From Dehalococcoidia bacterium (GTDB taxonomy: Bacteria; Chloroflexota; Dehalococcoidia; DSTF01; WHTK01): 64,000 nt of DNA. Position numbers and translations under genes: made by a program. Location: contig CBDCMQ010000003.1 of the NCBI GenBank assembly GCA_965219205.1, forward strand, positions 256,819 to 320,818, given 5' to 3'. Positions 54,182 to 64,000 of this stretch are shown here, one piece after another; positions within the stretch are counted from its first letter, which is position 1, and each line of letters opens with the position of its first letter. A model generated the notes under the pieces. That model was not told where the DNA came from. It did no database searches and worked only from the letters and a program-made list of their open reading frames with translations.

Positions 54182-54640
54182 GTGGACATGATGTTCTCCA
54201 AGCGCGCAATCAGAAGTGCCGCTGTCACCCACGCCCGCAAGACCTTTGGCCTGGTCAGGGATCTCCACTTCGGCTGGTTTGTAGTCATCCCAATCTTCTC
54301 GTCGATTGGCTCGGTTGTAGCCGGCCTCGCGGCCCAAACCGGCTACCTGGTGGTGGCTCTAGCAGTACTTGCCGCCTGCTCATTCCTGGTCTCGATCTTT
54401 CGAGTCGAAGCCAAGAAGGCCACCGCGACTCTAAACTACCGCGTCCAAGATTTTGTCTCGAGCCTGTCTTCCTTCTCTCGGAAGCGTGAAGACACGGCTC
54501 TTTACATACCGATTCTGCCGGAGAGGCCCAGCCTTGCCCGGGTGGCGGAGGAAACCGACCCGAGGGCAAAGAGCCGCCGCAATCTCCAGCGAAGTCAAAC
54601 TCCGCCACCGCGGGGAGGTAGAAGATATGGATCGTGCTGA
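54182..54640 (+). CDS. hypothetical membrane protein (2 TMS)
   Basis: 152 aa with two hydrophobic helices and a basic C-terminal tail. No motif recognised. Confidence 0.4.
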   Translation: MDMMFSKRAIRSAAVTHARKTFGLVRDLHFGWFVVIPIFSSIGSVVAGLAAQTGYLVVALAVLAACSFLVSIFRVEAKKATATLNYRVQDFVSSLSSFSRKREDTALYIPILPERPSLARVAEETDPRAKSRRNLQRSQTPPPRGGRRYGSC

Positions 54641-55177
54641 GGCCTGGGATCTGCTCTGCGAGTACACCCAAACCGATGCCCTGCGCCGTCACGCTGTTTC
54701 AGTGGAAACTGTGATGCGGGCTGCCGCCCGGCAGAACGGCGGCGACGAGGAGACCTGGGGTTTGGTCGGACTGCTGCACGACTTCGATTACGAGCAGTTT
54801 CCCGATGATCATCCAGTGAAGGGCAAGGAAATCCTCGAAGCGCGCAATGTCCCAGCTGAAATTATCTACGCCATCCAGTGTCACGCCGATTTCACGGGTT
54901 ATGAGCGGCGCTCGCTAATGGACAAATGATATTTGCCGTTGACGAACTCACGGGGTTCGTTATTGCCTGCGCTCTGGTGCGCCCCAATAAGAGCCTCTCA
55001 GAGCTGGATGCCGGCAAAGTTCGCAAGAAACTCAAAGACAAGGCCTTCGCGCGTAGCGTGATCCGCGACGACATCTGGAACGGAATCGAGCAACTAGAGG
55101 CGGATTTCGACCAGGACGTCAACTTCGTCGTCGATTCTCTCAAACCAGTTGCTTCGGAAATCGGCCTCAACGACTGA
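54627..55177 (+). pseudogene. HD/HDIG-domain phosphohydrolase split by a frameshift
   Basis: MDRAEAWDLLCEYTQ..GLLHDFDYEQ..RSLMDK-TGA (54627..54929) continues in another frame as (M)IFAVDELTGFVIACALVRPN.. (54926..55177). The shift is at GACAAATGATATT (~54921..54930). Confidence 0.6.
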
Positions 55178-55334
55178 ATCCAGCCTCCGGCGTCTGCTTC
55201 AATTTGTCAGCCTGAAAACCTCGAAGGCCTCCTCCAGCTCGACCTTGGCCCGCGTTCGGCAGTTCGTCGACGGACTTAATCGGAAGGCCTCGTCTATACT
55301 TCGGGCCACAGTCGATTTTGGAGGTACCACTACC

Positions 55335-56057
55335 GTGTCAGATTTCAGCTTCAACCATCTCGAACAACCAGCCGCGAGCGGAAACCCGACCGACCGGGTG
55401 ATCATCTTGCTGCACGGGATGGGTAGCAGCGGCGAGCGCGCCATGGAGCAATCCGCCTGGCTTGCTCCGGCCTTCCCCAGCGCCCAGATTTACGCGCCGG
55501 ACGGCCCCAACCCGCACATACCGATGCTGGACCCCAAGAGCCCCGATATGAGCTCTGATCCCACTCCCGGGCGTTTTTGCTGGTACTACCGCTATTCAGA
55601 AAAGACGCGACAGGAGGGTCTCGGCCGCACAGGGGAACTGCTAACTCAATACATCGACGAATGCGCCGCGGCTCACGGTCTGAATCGTTCTCGGGTTGCC
55701 CTGATCGGTATCTCACAGGGCGCTATCACCGTACTCAATACCGTTCCGTTCTTTAAGGACCCAGTCGGCGCCAGCGTCGCTCACAGCGGCTACCTATTCT
55801 CACCGGACTCACTGGCGCTGCGCCGCGGCCAACTGGCGGAGTTCCAGACCGCTACCACCAGTAAGACGCCAACTTGCTCGATTCACGGCCTTCTCGATGC
55901 AACCTTGCCTTGGCAAACCAACCTGGAAGCGGTGACTACCTACGATGACGCGAGTCTGCCGATCGAGTTCCATCTCCTAGCCGGCGTCAAACACGCTGAA
56001 TTCGAACCGCGCAGCCAAACATTGGCTACCGAATTCATTCGTTGGAACATCCACTAG
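55335..56057 (+). CDS. alpha/beta hydrolase (phospholipase/carboxylesterase family)
   Basis: GTG 55335 after GGAGG. ..VIILLHGMGSSGE.. and nucleophile GISQGA. The longer ORF from 55149 overlaps the HD gene and is unlikely. Confidence 0.7.
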   Translation: MSDFSFNHLEQPAASGNPTDRVIILLHGMGSSGERAMEQSAWLAPAFPSAQIYAPDGPNPHIPMLDPKSPDMSSDPTPGRFCWYYRYSEKTRQEGLGRTGELLTQYIDECAAAHGLNRSRVALIGISQGAITVLNTVPFFKDPVGASVAHSGYLFSPDSLALRRGQLAEFQTATTSKTPTCSIHGLLDATLPWQTNLEAVTTYDDASLPIEFHLLAGVKHAEFEPRSQTLATEFIRWNIH

Positions 56058-56121
56058 CCTGAACAAGTCTTTCGCCCCGGTGCTCCAGGAGGTTTATCCA
56101 GCGACTGACTTCGCCAAGGCG

Positions 56122-56895
56122 CTAGACCACCTGTAGATGAACCGGTCCCAGATGATCAAACAGCGCGGATACTCTCTCACCGCGCTTCAGGTAAGGCGCG
56201 GCCGTTAGTCCGCCCGTGATCACGATCTGGTCTTCGCGCAGCATTTTGCCGGCCTCGGCCAGCTGATTGGCTATCCAGGCCACGGATCGCGCCGGATGAC
56301 CCAGCGCCGCCGCACCCGCACCGGTTTCAACAACCTCGCCGTCCTTTTCCAGCACAACGCCGAGCAGACGCAGGTCGAAATCGTCGGCCGCGAACAGCGA
56401 GTCTCCGAGGACGATCCTTGCAGCTGAGCTGTTATCGGCGATGTTGTCTTGGGCCTGAAAGCGATAGTCCTTGATCCGGCTGTCCACCACTTCAATGCAA
56501 GGGCCAACCCATCTTGTAGCCGCCAACGCCTCGTCGGCGGTGACACCGGGCCCCTCCAGGTCCCGGCCCATGATAAAGGCGATCTCCGGCTCCACTCGGG
56601 GATGAATCAGCTCATCCATAGACAGCTCCGATTTGACCACCGAACTGTCGAAAAGACAGCCGTAATTCGGCTGGTCCACGCCCATCTGCTTCTGCATCGC
56701 CAGGCTGGTAAAACCTGCTTTCCAGCCGATTATTGTCCCGCCGGAAGTCAATTTGGCGTCGACAATCCGGTTCTGAATCTGGTACGCGTCATCCGCGGTC
56801 AGGTTCGGGTGCTCGGCCGTCAGGGGCTCGATTGCGCTGTGTTCCATTTCAGCGACAAGCAATTGAGCCGCAAGCTCGTCCCGGACTTGGTTCAC
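56122..56895 (-). CDS. 2-keto-4-pentenoate hydratase / 2-oxohepta-3-ene-1,7-dioate hydratase family (MhpD/HpcG-like)
   Basis: 257 aa. ..AYQIQNRIVDAKL..GWKAGFTS..EPEIAF.. is the typical hydratase pattern. Confidence 0.8.
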   Translation of the reverse strand: MNQVRDELAAQLLVAEMEHSAIEPLTAEHPNLTADDAYQIQNRIVDAKLTSGGTIIGWKAGFTSLAMQKQMGVDQPNYGCLFDSSVVKSELSMDELIHPRVEPEIAFIMGRDLEGPGVTADEALAATRWVGPCIEVVDSRIKDYRFQAQDNIADNSSAARIVLGDSLFAADDFDLRLLGVVLEKDGEVVETGAGAAALGHPARSVAWIANQLAEAGKMLREDQIVITGGLTAAPYLKRGERVSALFDHLGPVHLQVV

Positions 56896-56947
56896 CTGAC
56901 CACCTATGCCATCTTTCCCAGCCTGGTCCTTCGTGTTAATCCGGGCG

Positions 56948-57814
56948 TCAGCCCGCCGCTTCGGCGCATTCCTTGGCCATCAACTCGTGAAATCCTTGCC
57001 AGATTGCTGTTGTGACTTCGCCAGGCTTGCCAGAACCCACGACGTTGCCGTCAATTTGCAATATTGACCGCAGGCCGACTGATGTAGAACTGAGGAATGC
57101 CTCGTCGGCATCGATTAGCCGCTCGTCTGGAATCATTTCCTCGTGACACCTGATTTCCAGGATGGATGCCACATCGATAACGCCTTGTCGAGTGATGCCA
57201 TGGAGTATGAAGTTGTCTGCCGGCGGCGTGAACAACTCACCGTTCGATACGAAGAAAACGTTGGACGCTGAAGCCTCGGTCACCCGGCCGTCCCGCACAA
57301 AGATCGCGTCATCAAAACCCGCAGCTATCGCCTGCTTCTTCGCCATCGTGCTGAGAACGAGGCCTGTGGATTTGACAAAGCACAGGGACCAACGCCGGTC
57401 GGGAGTCGACATGCAGGTAATCTGCGTCGGCTCCGGGGAGAAATCCGGTACCGGTGTTTCTTGGCCGATGACAATAAAGTTCGGCGGCACTTCCCTTGAT
57501 GGAGCGTGCGCCCGTGGCAGCTCACCAGCCGTCACCTGTATATAGATCAGTCCATTATTCAATCCGGCGGCGGCTTTAACCTTCGAGACCGCGGCGTCGA
57601 TCTCGGCAAGCGGCGGCAGGGTCAGCTCGATGCCGCGGGCGCTGTCCTCGAGCCGCTCGAGGTGCTCTTGGCGGCGAAATAAACCCCCGTCTTGGCAAAC
57701 CATGACCTCGTAAATCGATTCGGTAAATTGGAGCCCGCGGTCCTCAACGTGAATCTTGGCGTCTTCGTAGTCGACCAGCTCACCGTTTATCACGGTTACT
57801 CGAGGTCCTGCCAT
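56948..57814 (-). CDS. class IV aminotransferase (branched-chain/D-amino-acid aminotransferase-like)
   Basis: 288 aa. ..DRGLQFTESIYEV.. and ..EASASNVFFV..G.LFTPP....LHGITR.. motifs. Confidence 0.85.
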   Translation of the reverse strand: MAGPRVTVINGELVDYEDAKIHVEDRGLQFTESIYEVMVCQDGGLFRRQEHLERLEDSARGIELTLPPLAEIDAAVSKVKAAAGLNNGLIYIQVTAGELPRAHAPSREVPPNFIVIGQETPVPDFSPEPTQITCMSTPDRRWSLCFVKSTGLVLSTMAKKQAIAAGFDDAIFVRDGRVTEASASNVFFVSNGELFTPPADNFILHGITRQGVIDVASILEIRCHEEMIPDERLIDADEAFLSSTSVGLRSILQIDGNVVGSGKPGEVTTAIWQGFHELMAKECAEAAG

Positions 57815-58063
57815 TATCGTTTCCTCCTCGCCTTACCAGCGTCGAGATCTGGTGGGAATTGAGCTAATGCTGCCGCCCGTGGACCAGCCCTCGCCTGACC
57901 TTACCAGCCTCGCTGGTCTTCAGCGAGACCCAAACCACAATTAAGCTGAACCAACCAGCGGCCAATTCCGCCGGCGTCCACCCGGTATGCCGTGGTCCGA
58001 TCAATACTAATATCTAGAAGTAACAACCCCATCCGGGGGCAGCGGCATCAGAGGAGCATAAGT

Positions 58064-59521
58064 ATGGCCCGCGGCAAATCGTCCGTCGAGAGCATCGAAC
58101 CCGGCGGCACCTACTCGGCGACAATCCGCGCCGACTACTCCAACCGGCCGGGCATGCTCGGGCTAGTGGCTTCGGCTATCGGCGAAGCAGGCGGCGACAT
58201 CAGTTCAATCGACCTGGTCGAGGTCAACAGTGAACGCATGGTGAGAGACATCACCGTCGGCGCACGCAATTCGGAGCACGCCCGCGAAATTATTGCCTCG
58301 CTCAAGAAACTCGACGGTCTCACGGTTCGCAGCGCCTCCGACCCTGTCTTCCTCTCCCACCTCGGGGGCAAGATTGAAGTTCATAACAAGGTGCCGGTCG
58401 CCAACCGGCGCGACCTGTCCACCGTCTATACGCCGGGCGTGGCACGCATCTCAAGCGCCATCGCCAGCGACCCAGACGCGGCCTGGACCTTGACCACCAA
58501 GAAGAACACCATTGCGATTGTCACCGACGGTACCGCCGTTCTCGGCCTTGGTGACCTGGGCCCGACGGCCTCACTGCCCGTCATGGAGGGCAAAGCCATG
58601 CTCTTCAAGGAGTTTGCCGGCGTTGACGCCTGGCCGCTCTGCTTGGACACCAAGAATCCGGACGAAATTGTCGCGGCGGTAAAGGCTATTGCACCCGGCT
58701 TCGGCGGAATCAACCTGGAGGACATCTCGGCACCGCGCTGTTTTGAAGTGGAGGAGCGGCTGCGGGCCGAACTTGATATCCCCGTCTTCCACGATGATCA
58801 GCACGGAACCGCCGTTGTAGTTCTTGCCGCCCTGCTCAACGCCTTGCGGATCGTTGACAAGAAAATTGAGGACATTCGCGTCTGCATCTCAGGTGTCGGA
58901 GCCGCCGGCACGGCTTGTGCTCAGATCCTCAAAGCCTCCGGTGTCGAGAACATCGTCGGCGTTGATGTCCACGGCGTCGTCTACGCCGGCCGCGAGGCCG
59001 GCATGAACCCGACCCTGGAACGCTATGCCCAGGAATTCAATCCAAATGGTAGCGAAGGGGATATCCATGACGCCATCGCCGGAACCGACGTCTTCATCGG
59101 CGTTTCCGCGCCCGACATCATCGGCCCGGAGGACGTACGCCAGATGAACCACGACCCGATTGTCTTTGCCCTGGCCAACCCTGACCCTGAGTGCCGGCCC
59201 GAAGAAATCGAGGGCGTCGCTCGCGTGATCGCCACCGGCCGGTCCGACTATCCCAACCAGATTAACAACGTCCTGTGCTTCCCCGGACTGTTCCGCGGCG
59301 CCCTGGATGTCCGAGCATCGGAAGTCAACGAAGCGATGAAGCTCGCCGCTGCCAACGCGATCGCCAGCATCGTCAGCAAGAACGAGCTGTCCGAGGAATA
59401 CATCATCCCGAGCGTTTTTAATCGCAACGTGGTTCGCGCCGTCGCCCGCGATGTCTCCCAAGCCGCCAGGTCCACTGGGGTCGCCCAAAGAAGCCGCCGC
59501 CGCCCGACTACATTTCTGTGA
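58064..59521 (+). CDS. NAD(P)-dependent malic enzyme with N-terminal ACT domain
   Basis: From ATG 58064 (SD GAGGAG): an ACT-like ~75 aa, then LSTVYTPGVA.., GTAVLGLGDLGP, NLEDISAPRCF, FHDDQHGTAVV, GVGAAG. Confidence 0.9.
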   Translation: MARGKSSVESIEPGGTYSATIRADYSNRPGMLGLVASAIGEAGGDISSIDLVEVNSERMVRDITVGARNSEHAREIIASLKKLDGLTVRSASDPVFLSHLGGKIEVHNKVPVANRRDLSTVYTPGVARISSAIASDPDAAWTLTTKKNTIAIVTDGTAVLGLGDLGPTASLPVMEGKAMLFKEFAGVDAWPLCLDTKNPDEIVAAVKAIAPGFGGINLEDISAPRCFEVEERLRAELDIPVFHDDQHGTAVVVLAALLNALRIVDKKIEDIRVCISGVGAAGTACAQILKASGVENIVGVDVHGVVYAGREAGMNPTLERYAQEFNPNGSEGDIHDAIAGTDVFIGVSAPDIIGPEDVRQMNHDPIVFALANPDPECRPEEIEGVARVIATGRSDYPNQINNVLCFPGLFRGALDVRASEVNEAMKLAAANAIASIVSKNELSEEYIIPSVFNRNVVRAVARDVSQAARSTGVAQRSRRRPTTFL

Positions 59522-59533
59522 GGGCTTTCTAAC

Positions 59534-59580
59534 CGTTGCCGGTATTCCGACCTAAAAGCAAACACCCGGCAGTTCAAATT
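59534..59580 (-). repeat. degenerate repeat-head fragments
   Basis: The reverse complement is TTTGAACTGCCGGGTGTTTGCTTTTAGGTCGGAATACCGGCAACGG. It overlaps the pdxA stop. Confidence 0.55.
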
Positions 59581-60569
59581 ACCGCTAGTTCGGCCGCAAC
59601 CTTCATGGCCGCAACCTGGCCCTTCGGGTCGGCAATCCACTGGCCGGCGATATCGAACGCGGTGCCGTGGTCGACGGATGTACGGATCACCGGGTAACCC
59701 AGCGTGCAGCTCACCGTTCCGTAGAAATCCACCGTCTTGGCGGCGATGTGGCCCTGGTCGTGATAGAGCGAGAGCACCGCGTCGTATCTGCCCTGGCGGC
59801 ACTGGTAGAACACTGCATCGGCTGGGATTGGCCCGACAACATCGATGCCAAACGAGCGCGCCCGCTCGAGCGCCGGCTTGAGGATCTCATTCTCTTCCTT
59901 GCCAAGAATGCCATTCTCCCCGGCGTGCGGGTTCAGGGCCGCCAGGGCTAAACGCGGCGAACTAAGCCCCAGCTTGGAGCTGAGTTCGGAGACCTCTTTG
60001 AGGGCCTTGACGACTGTCTCCTCGTCGACCCGTCCGATCGCATCCTTGAGCGAATGATGACGAGTGAGGAAAAAGATCCGCAGTTGGTCCAACAAGAACA
60101 GCGTGAAAACCCGGTCGTCCGGCGTGCCAAACAGCGAAGCGATCATCTCCGTGTGACCCAGGAAGGGTGAGCCAGCCGCCTGGATCGCTTCCTTGTTAAT
60201 CGGCGCGGTCACGATTCCTTGCACCGACCCGTCCCGGGCCAGGCCGCACGCGGCCTCGATGTATTCGACCGCTGCCCGACCAAACGCCCGGTTCATCCGG
60301 CCATATTCGTGATTCTCAACGTTGTCGAGGTCGAGGATCTCCAGGCTGCCGGGCTGGCCGAGAACCTCGCTGGGCTTGCTAATTGACCGCAGCTTCAGTT
60401 CGAGCCCGCAGCCGCGGATCACGTCAGACACGACCTTCGCGTCACCGATCACCAACGGCCGCAGCGATTCAAAAACGCCCTTCTCGGCCAGCCCCTTGGC
60501 AACGATCTCCGGTCCGATCCCGGCCGGATCGCCGATCGTTAGAGCCAAAACTGGTCTCGTATCACTCAT
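59574..60569 (-). CDS. pdxA: 4-hydroxythreonine-4-phosphate dehydrogenase family (PdxA/PdxA2)
   Basis: 331 aa with ..LALTIGDPAGIGPEI.., GHTEM, LNPHAGENG and HGTAFDIAG motifs. Confidence 0.8.
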   Translation of the reverse strand: MSDTRPVLALTIGDPAGIGPEIVAKGLAEKGVFESLRPLVIGDAKVVSDVIRGCGLELKLRSISKPSEVLGQPGSLEILDLDNVENHEYGRMNRAFGRAAVEYIEAACGLARDGSVQGIVTAPINKEAIQAAGSPFLGHTEMIASLFGTPDDRVFTLFLLDQLRIFFLTRHHSLKDAIGRVDEETVVKALKEVSELSSKLGLSSPRLALAALNPHAGENGILGKEENEILKPALERARSFGIDVVGPIPADAVFYQCRQGRYDAVLSLYHDQGHIAAKTVDFYGTVSCTLGYPVIRTSVDHGTAFDIAGQWIADPKGQVAAMKVAAELAVI

Positions 60570-60596
60570 CGTCTCACCTCATTAGTGCTGGAGGCG

Positions 60597-60688
60597 TAAG
60601 GGCCAATAACGCCGCCGACGCGACTTGGCGTAGCCATTCCCGGGGGAAGTAAGCGCCAAAGGCGCATGAATTCCCGGTACTTCGAACA
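60597..60688 (-). repeat. palindromic repeat unit plus module B
   Basis: The reverse complement is TTCGAAGTACCGGGAATTCATGCGCCTTTGGCGCTTACTTCCCCCGGGAATGGCTACGCCAAGTCGCGTCGGCGGCGTTATTGG. Confidence 0.8.
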
Positions 60689-60876
60689 ATCGTACAGCGG
60701 AACCTTCCAATGGCCGCGTGTATGCTAGAGGCAGCTATGGCTGAGCCGAACCGCAGTGTCATCTTTCAGGCAACCAGAATTGACTCGGCCAGCTCTTGGC
60801 TATGTGCCGCAGTTTCACAAGTCGACAATTCTCTGGAGATCCATTTTATCGAAACGATCATTCAGCTCAGCCCACG

Positions 60877-62259
60877 ATGGTAAAGCCGAAATCACCGTCA
60901 GGAGTCCCTGAGGATTCCCCGGTAAGCGCCACGGCGCTCCGGCCCCACGCCGCTCCACTGGATTCGCCGCCCAGCCCAGCCGAAGGTTCATCGAAGACGC
61001 CGCCCGGCCCGCCTAAAGGGCCCGAGAAATCCCGCTTAGGCACCTTCGATTCCTTCAAGATTCGTGAGTTCCGCTGGTTTTATCTGGCGATGCTCGGCCA
61101 AATGGCGTCGATGAACATGACGTTTGTCGTGCCCGGCCTGCTCGCCTTCGAGCTTACCGGCTCTTTTGCCGCGCTCGGCCTGGTCGGCCTTTTCGGCGCC
61201 ACGCCCATGTTGCTGCTCTCGATGTTCGGCGGTGTCATCGCCGACCGCATGCCAAAAAAGACAGTGGTCCAGGTCGGCCAATTCTTCAGTCTGCTCAATG
61301 CAGGCGCCATGTCGGGTCTGATCTTTGTCGACCTGATTTCGATGGAATGGATTTACGTCTCGGCCCTGGTTCAGGGCACGATCATGGCCTTGATGATGCC
61401 GTCCCGCCAGGCGATGATTCCCGAACTGGTCGGCCGCGACCGCCTGATGAACGCTATTTCGCTGAACATGGCCGGCATGAACACGATGCAGTTGATTGCC
61501 CCGGCTGTCGGTGGCTTCATCGTCTCGGTCGCCGGTTTCGATTGGGCCTACCTCACCATTGCCAGCCTCTACGGCTTGGCGGTCGCGGGCCTGTCCCGAT
61601 TAACCTGGCGGCGCGCCTCGGTTGCCCCTGAGCCCGGCCTAACGGTGGCGAGGGCTGGGCTCAATAGTCTGGCCGACATCCGTGAAGGCCTCGTCTATAT
61701 CCGGCAGGATCGTCTGATTTTTGCCCTGCTTTCGATCAGCTTCATCTCCTCGATCTTCGCGATGTCCCACCTGACCCTGATGCCAGGTTACGTTGCCGAT
61801 ATCTTCGACGGCGGCGGCTCAAAGCTTGGCCTGATGTTTAGCATCAGCGCGGTCGGCTCCCTGGCGGCCATGCTTGGCCTGGCGTCCTTTCAGGGACAGC
61901 GCCGCGGCTTGTTGCTAATCGCCTCGATGGTCCTGATCGGAGCCGGCATCCTTCTCTTCGCCCAGACCTCAAATTTCTGGCTCGCCGCGGCGATCATGGT
62001 GTTCATCGGAGTCGGTTCCGCCCTGCGCCAAGCGCTGATTCAGGGTCTTCTTCAGGAGTATTCCGACCACGACTTTCGCGGCCGTGTGATTGCCGTGTTC
62101 ATGCTCCAGTTCAGCATCATGCAAATCGGCACCTTTATCGTCGGCATCATCGCCGAAGCCATCGGCATCCAACCCGCCTTCATGGGCCTCGGCGTCGGGC
62201 TGATGCTCGTCACGGTTGCGGTCTACGCGCTCCTGCCGCGCATACGCCAGCTGAGCTAG
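60877..62259 (+). CDS. MFS transporter (MFS_3-like, 12 TMS)
   Basis: ORF 60796..62259. Pro/Ser-rich N-terminal tail, then ..FRWFYLAMLGQMASMNM.., GGVIADRMPKK. Start uncertain (ATG 60877 chosen). Confidence 0.8.
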   Translation: MVKPKSPSGVPEDSPVSATALRPHAAPLDSPPSPAEGSSKTPPGPPKGPEKSRLGTFDSFKIREFRWFYLAMLGQMASMNMTFVVPGLLAFELTGSFAALGLVGLFGATPMLLLSMFGGVIADRMPKKTVVQVGQFFSLLNAGAMSGLIFVDLISMEWIYVSALVQGTIMALMMPSRQAMIPELVGRDRLMNAISLNMAGMNTMQLIAPAVGGFIVSVAGFDWAYLTIASLYGLAVAGLSRLTWRRASVAPEPGLTVARAGLNSLADIREGLVYIRQDRLIFALLSISFISSIFAMSHLTLMPGYVADIFDGGGSKLGLMFSISAVGSLAAMLGLASFQGQRRGLLLIASMVLIGAGILLFAQTSNFWLAAAIMVFIGVGSALRQALIQGLLQEYSDHDFRGRVIAVFMLQFSIMQIGTFIVGIIAEAIGIQPAFMGLGVGLMLVTVAVYALLPRIRQLS

Positions 62260-62569
62260 AGCGGCCAACCAAGCCGGGAAGCAAAAAATTTACGCTACAT
62301 CCTTGCCGGACTTGCGATGCCCAAAATTCACGCCGGCAAAATCGGGTTGCCGCCCAGGGCCGAAGGCGGAATGATCAACTCCCCGGATTGCCTGAACCTA
62401 CCTTTGGGCCGCTCTCAACTCGTTCTTCCGCCGCGGCCATCGTGCCGCATTATCACTGGGAGCCCAAAAGGCCGCGAACTCCCAACGCCGCTGCACCCCA
62501 AAAATCTGCTAAAGTCAGCTTCGGCACTCATCCAACACTCCCGCCGACTCAAGAAAGAGGCTTTTGCAC

Positions 62570-63331
62570 GTGGAGTACATCATTCCTATCGACTTTGGCG
62601 CCTTCAAGCCGGACCAGTTCCACAGCCAGTGGGTTGGGACCGAAGAGAACGGCGTCGACAGCTGTTTCCTGGTCTGCACGCGGGTGCCGCCTGGGACCGG
62701 CACGCCGGGGGTTCACACCCACCTCGGCGACCAGATCTACTACATCCTCGAGGGTGAGATGAATCTCCAGCTCGCCGACCAGGTCCACAAGGCCAAAGCC
62801 GGCGACCTGGTTTTCATCCCCGCCGCCGTCCCCCACAAGAACTTCAACTCAACCGACAAAGACGAGATCCACTTTGAGTTCATCGTTCCCGGTCACACAC
62901 CCGGCCTGGCTCGCATGTACCGCGCCGACTGGCCCGAGTACGAACTCAAGGAAACTTCCCATCCCCGCTATGTGCGTAGCCTCGACACATCCAAGTTCGA
63001 CGCCAGCGAGACCTCCTCGGTCACGATGGCTGACTACAGCACCGGCTCGCATCACACGAAGATCGATATCGTCCAGGTGCCGCCGGGCAAGGGCGGCGGC
63101 GACCTCCACGTCCACAGCTTTGACCAGGTCTACTACACGATGACCGGCGCCATGGAAGTTCAGATCGGCAAAAAGCACCACTCGATCGTGCCAAATACCT
63201 ACGTCTTCCTGCCGGCCGGCACACCTCACACATTTATTAACCCCGGCAAAGAGGTCGCCACGCACATTCACGCCCAGGTTCCCGAGGGCCCCAGGCCCGA
63301 GCACACTGTGCCGGTGAATCTGGACCCCTAG
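62570..63331 (+). CDS. bicupin-domain protein
   Basis: Two cupin modules (GVHTHLGDQIYYILEGEMNL..GDLVFIPAAVPH and DLHVHSFDQVYYTMTGAMEV..NTYVFLPAGTPH). GTG 62570 lies 9 nt after AAGAAAGAGG. Confidence 0.7.
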   Translation: MEYIIPIDFGAFKPDQFHSQWVGTEENGVDSCFLVCTRVPPGTGTPGVHTHLGDQIYYILEGEMNLQLADQVHKAKAGDLVFIPAAVPHKNFNSTDKDEIHFEFIVPGHTPGLARMYRADWPEYELKETSHPRYVRSLDTSKFDASETSSVTMADYSTGSHHTKIDIVQVPPGKGGGDLHVHSFDQVYYTMTGAMEVQIGKKHHSIVPNTYVFLPAGTPHTFINPGKEVATHIHAQVPEGPRPEHTVPVNLDP

Positions 63332-63384
63332 CAAGCGGCAACCACGCCGGTTGGCTTCTCATGCCTGGATCGAGGTGAAACAAC

Positions 63385-64000
63385 ATGCAATACGTAAGGC
63401 TGGGTCGCTCGGGAATCCGCGTCTCGCGAATCTGTCTGGGAAGCGCTGCCTTCGGCGTTGTTCCCCAGGAAGCCGATGCCCAAGCATTGGTTGATAAGGC
63501 GCTGAGCCTCGGCATCAACTTCTTTGACACGGCTACGTCTTACGGCAACCGCTCGGGCCAGGATCGCCCCGGCGTTCCACCGGCGGCGGAAAGGAAATCG
63601 GCCGAGGAAATCCTCGGCCAGACTCTAAAGGGCCGTCGCGATGATGTCATCATCGCCACGAAGGTGCAGGAGCGCGTCGGCACCGGTGTCAACGACGGTG
63701 GGGCTGACGGTGGCGGACTTTCCCGCTACCACATCATGAAGCGCCTCGAACTAAGCCTCGAGCGGCTGCAAACCGACCACATCGACATCTACCACGCGCA
63801 CCACCCCGACCCGACGACGCCACTAGAAGAATCGTTGCGGACCTTTGATGACCTGGTACGCCAGGGCATGGTGCGTTACATCGCGCTTTCCGGATTCCCA
63901 GGCTGGCAAGTGGCCAACGTAATGTGGAAGGCCGACAAGTTTAACCTTGACGCCCCGATCTGCCACCAGGTTCAGTACAGCCTGACCAATCGAAGCGTGG
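63385..64000 (+). CDS. aldo/keto reductase (5' part; runs off the window)
   Basis: Own translation from ATG 63385: MQYVRLGRSGIRVSRICLGSAAFG...GINFFDTATSYG...IIATKV...LERLQTDHIDIYHAHHPD.. These are the canonical AKR motifs. Confidence 0.85.
   Translation, partial: MQYVRLGRSGIRVSRICLGSAAFGVVPQEADAQALVDKALSLGINFFDTATSYGNRSGQDRPGVPPAAERKSAEEILGQTLKGRRDDVIIATKVQERVGTGVNDGGADGGGLSRYHIMKRLELSLERLQTDHIDIYHAHHPDPTTPLEESLRTFDDLVRQGMVRYIALSGFPGWQVANVMWKADKFNLDAPICHQVQYSLTNRSV

Overview
High-GC (by eye about 58-60%) bacterial chromosomal window. It holds about 55 protein genes, tRNA-Gln(UUG), tRNA-Asn(GUU) and no rRNA or CRISPR array. The gene content includes monomeric IDH, two LLM/F420-type oxidoreductases and two orphan Rieske oxygenase alpha subunits. 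It also includes VOC/cupin/hydrolase paralogues, five MFS pumps, and a DPPR-synthase-like UbiA next to an LprG-like lipoprotein plus MFS pair. This looks like a catabolically versatile Chloroflexota (SAR202-like) or actinobacterial-type heterotroph, but that taxonomy is inference only. All product calls come from motif and length recognition in the supplied translations, because no database search was possible. Mobile DNA: three more than 99.5% identical copies of an 1118/1119-bp IS481-like element, all in the same orientation, each with its own target duplication. One copy is frameshifted, one sits inside a repeat unit, and one sits exactly on the start codon of a small ORF. A truncated tyrosine-integrase remnant lies next to tRNA-Asn. 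Several genes are disrupted: an HD-GYP/LuxR regulator, a GGDEF protein, an MFS pump, an HD hydrolase and a GrpB fragment. These are either real decay or homopolymer sequencing errors. I found no protein-coding system (defence, toxin-antitoxin, retroelement, CRISPR) in this window; the most unusual signal is non-coding. It is a family of at least 25 modular palindromic repeat units with the head TTTGAAATA, an outer stem CCGGCAA...TTGCCGG around interchangeable GC-rich inner hairpins, and optional tail modules. These units fill most intergenic spacers. The outer stem shows compensatory (covarying) changes. One copy is flanked by a 14-bp direct duplication that regenerates the overlapping stop codons of two convergent genes. 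One copy carries a G24 tract. I do not recognise this consensus as a described REP/BIME/MITE family.
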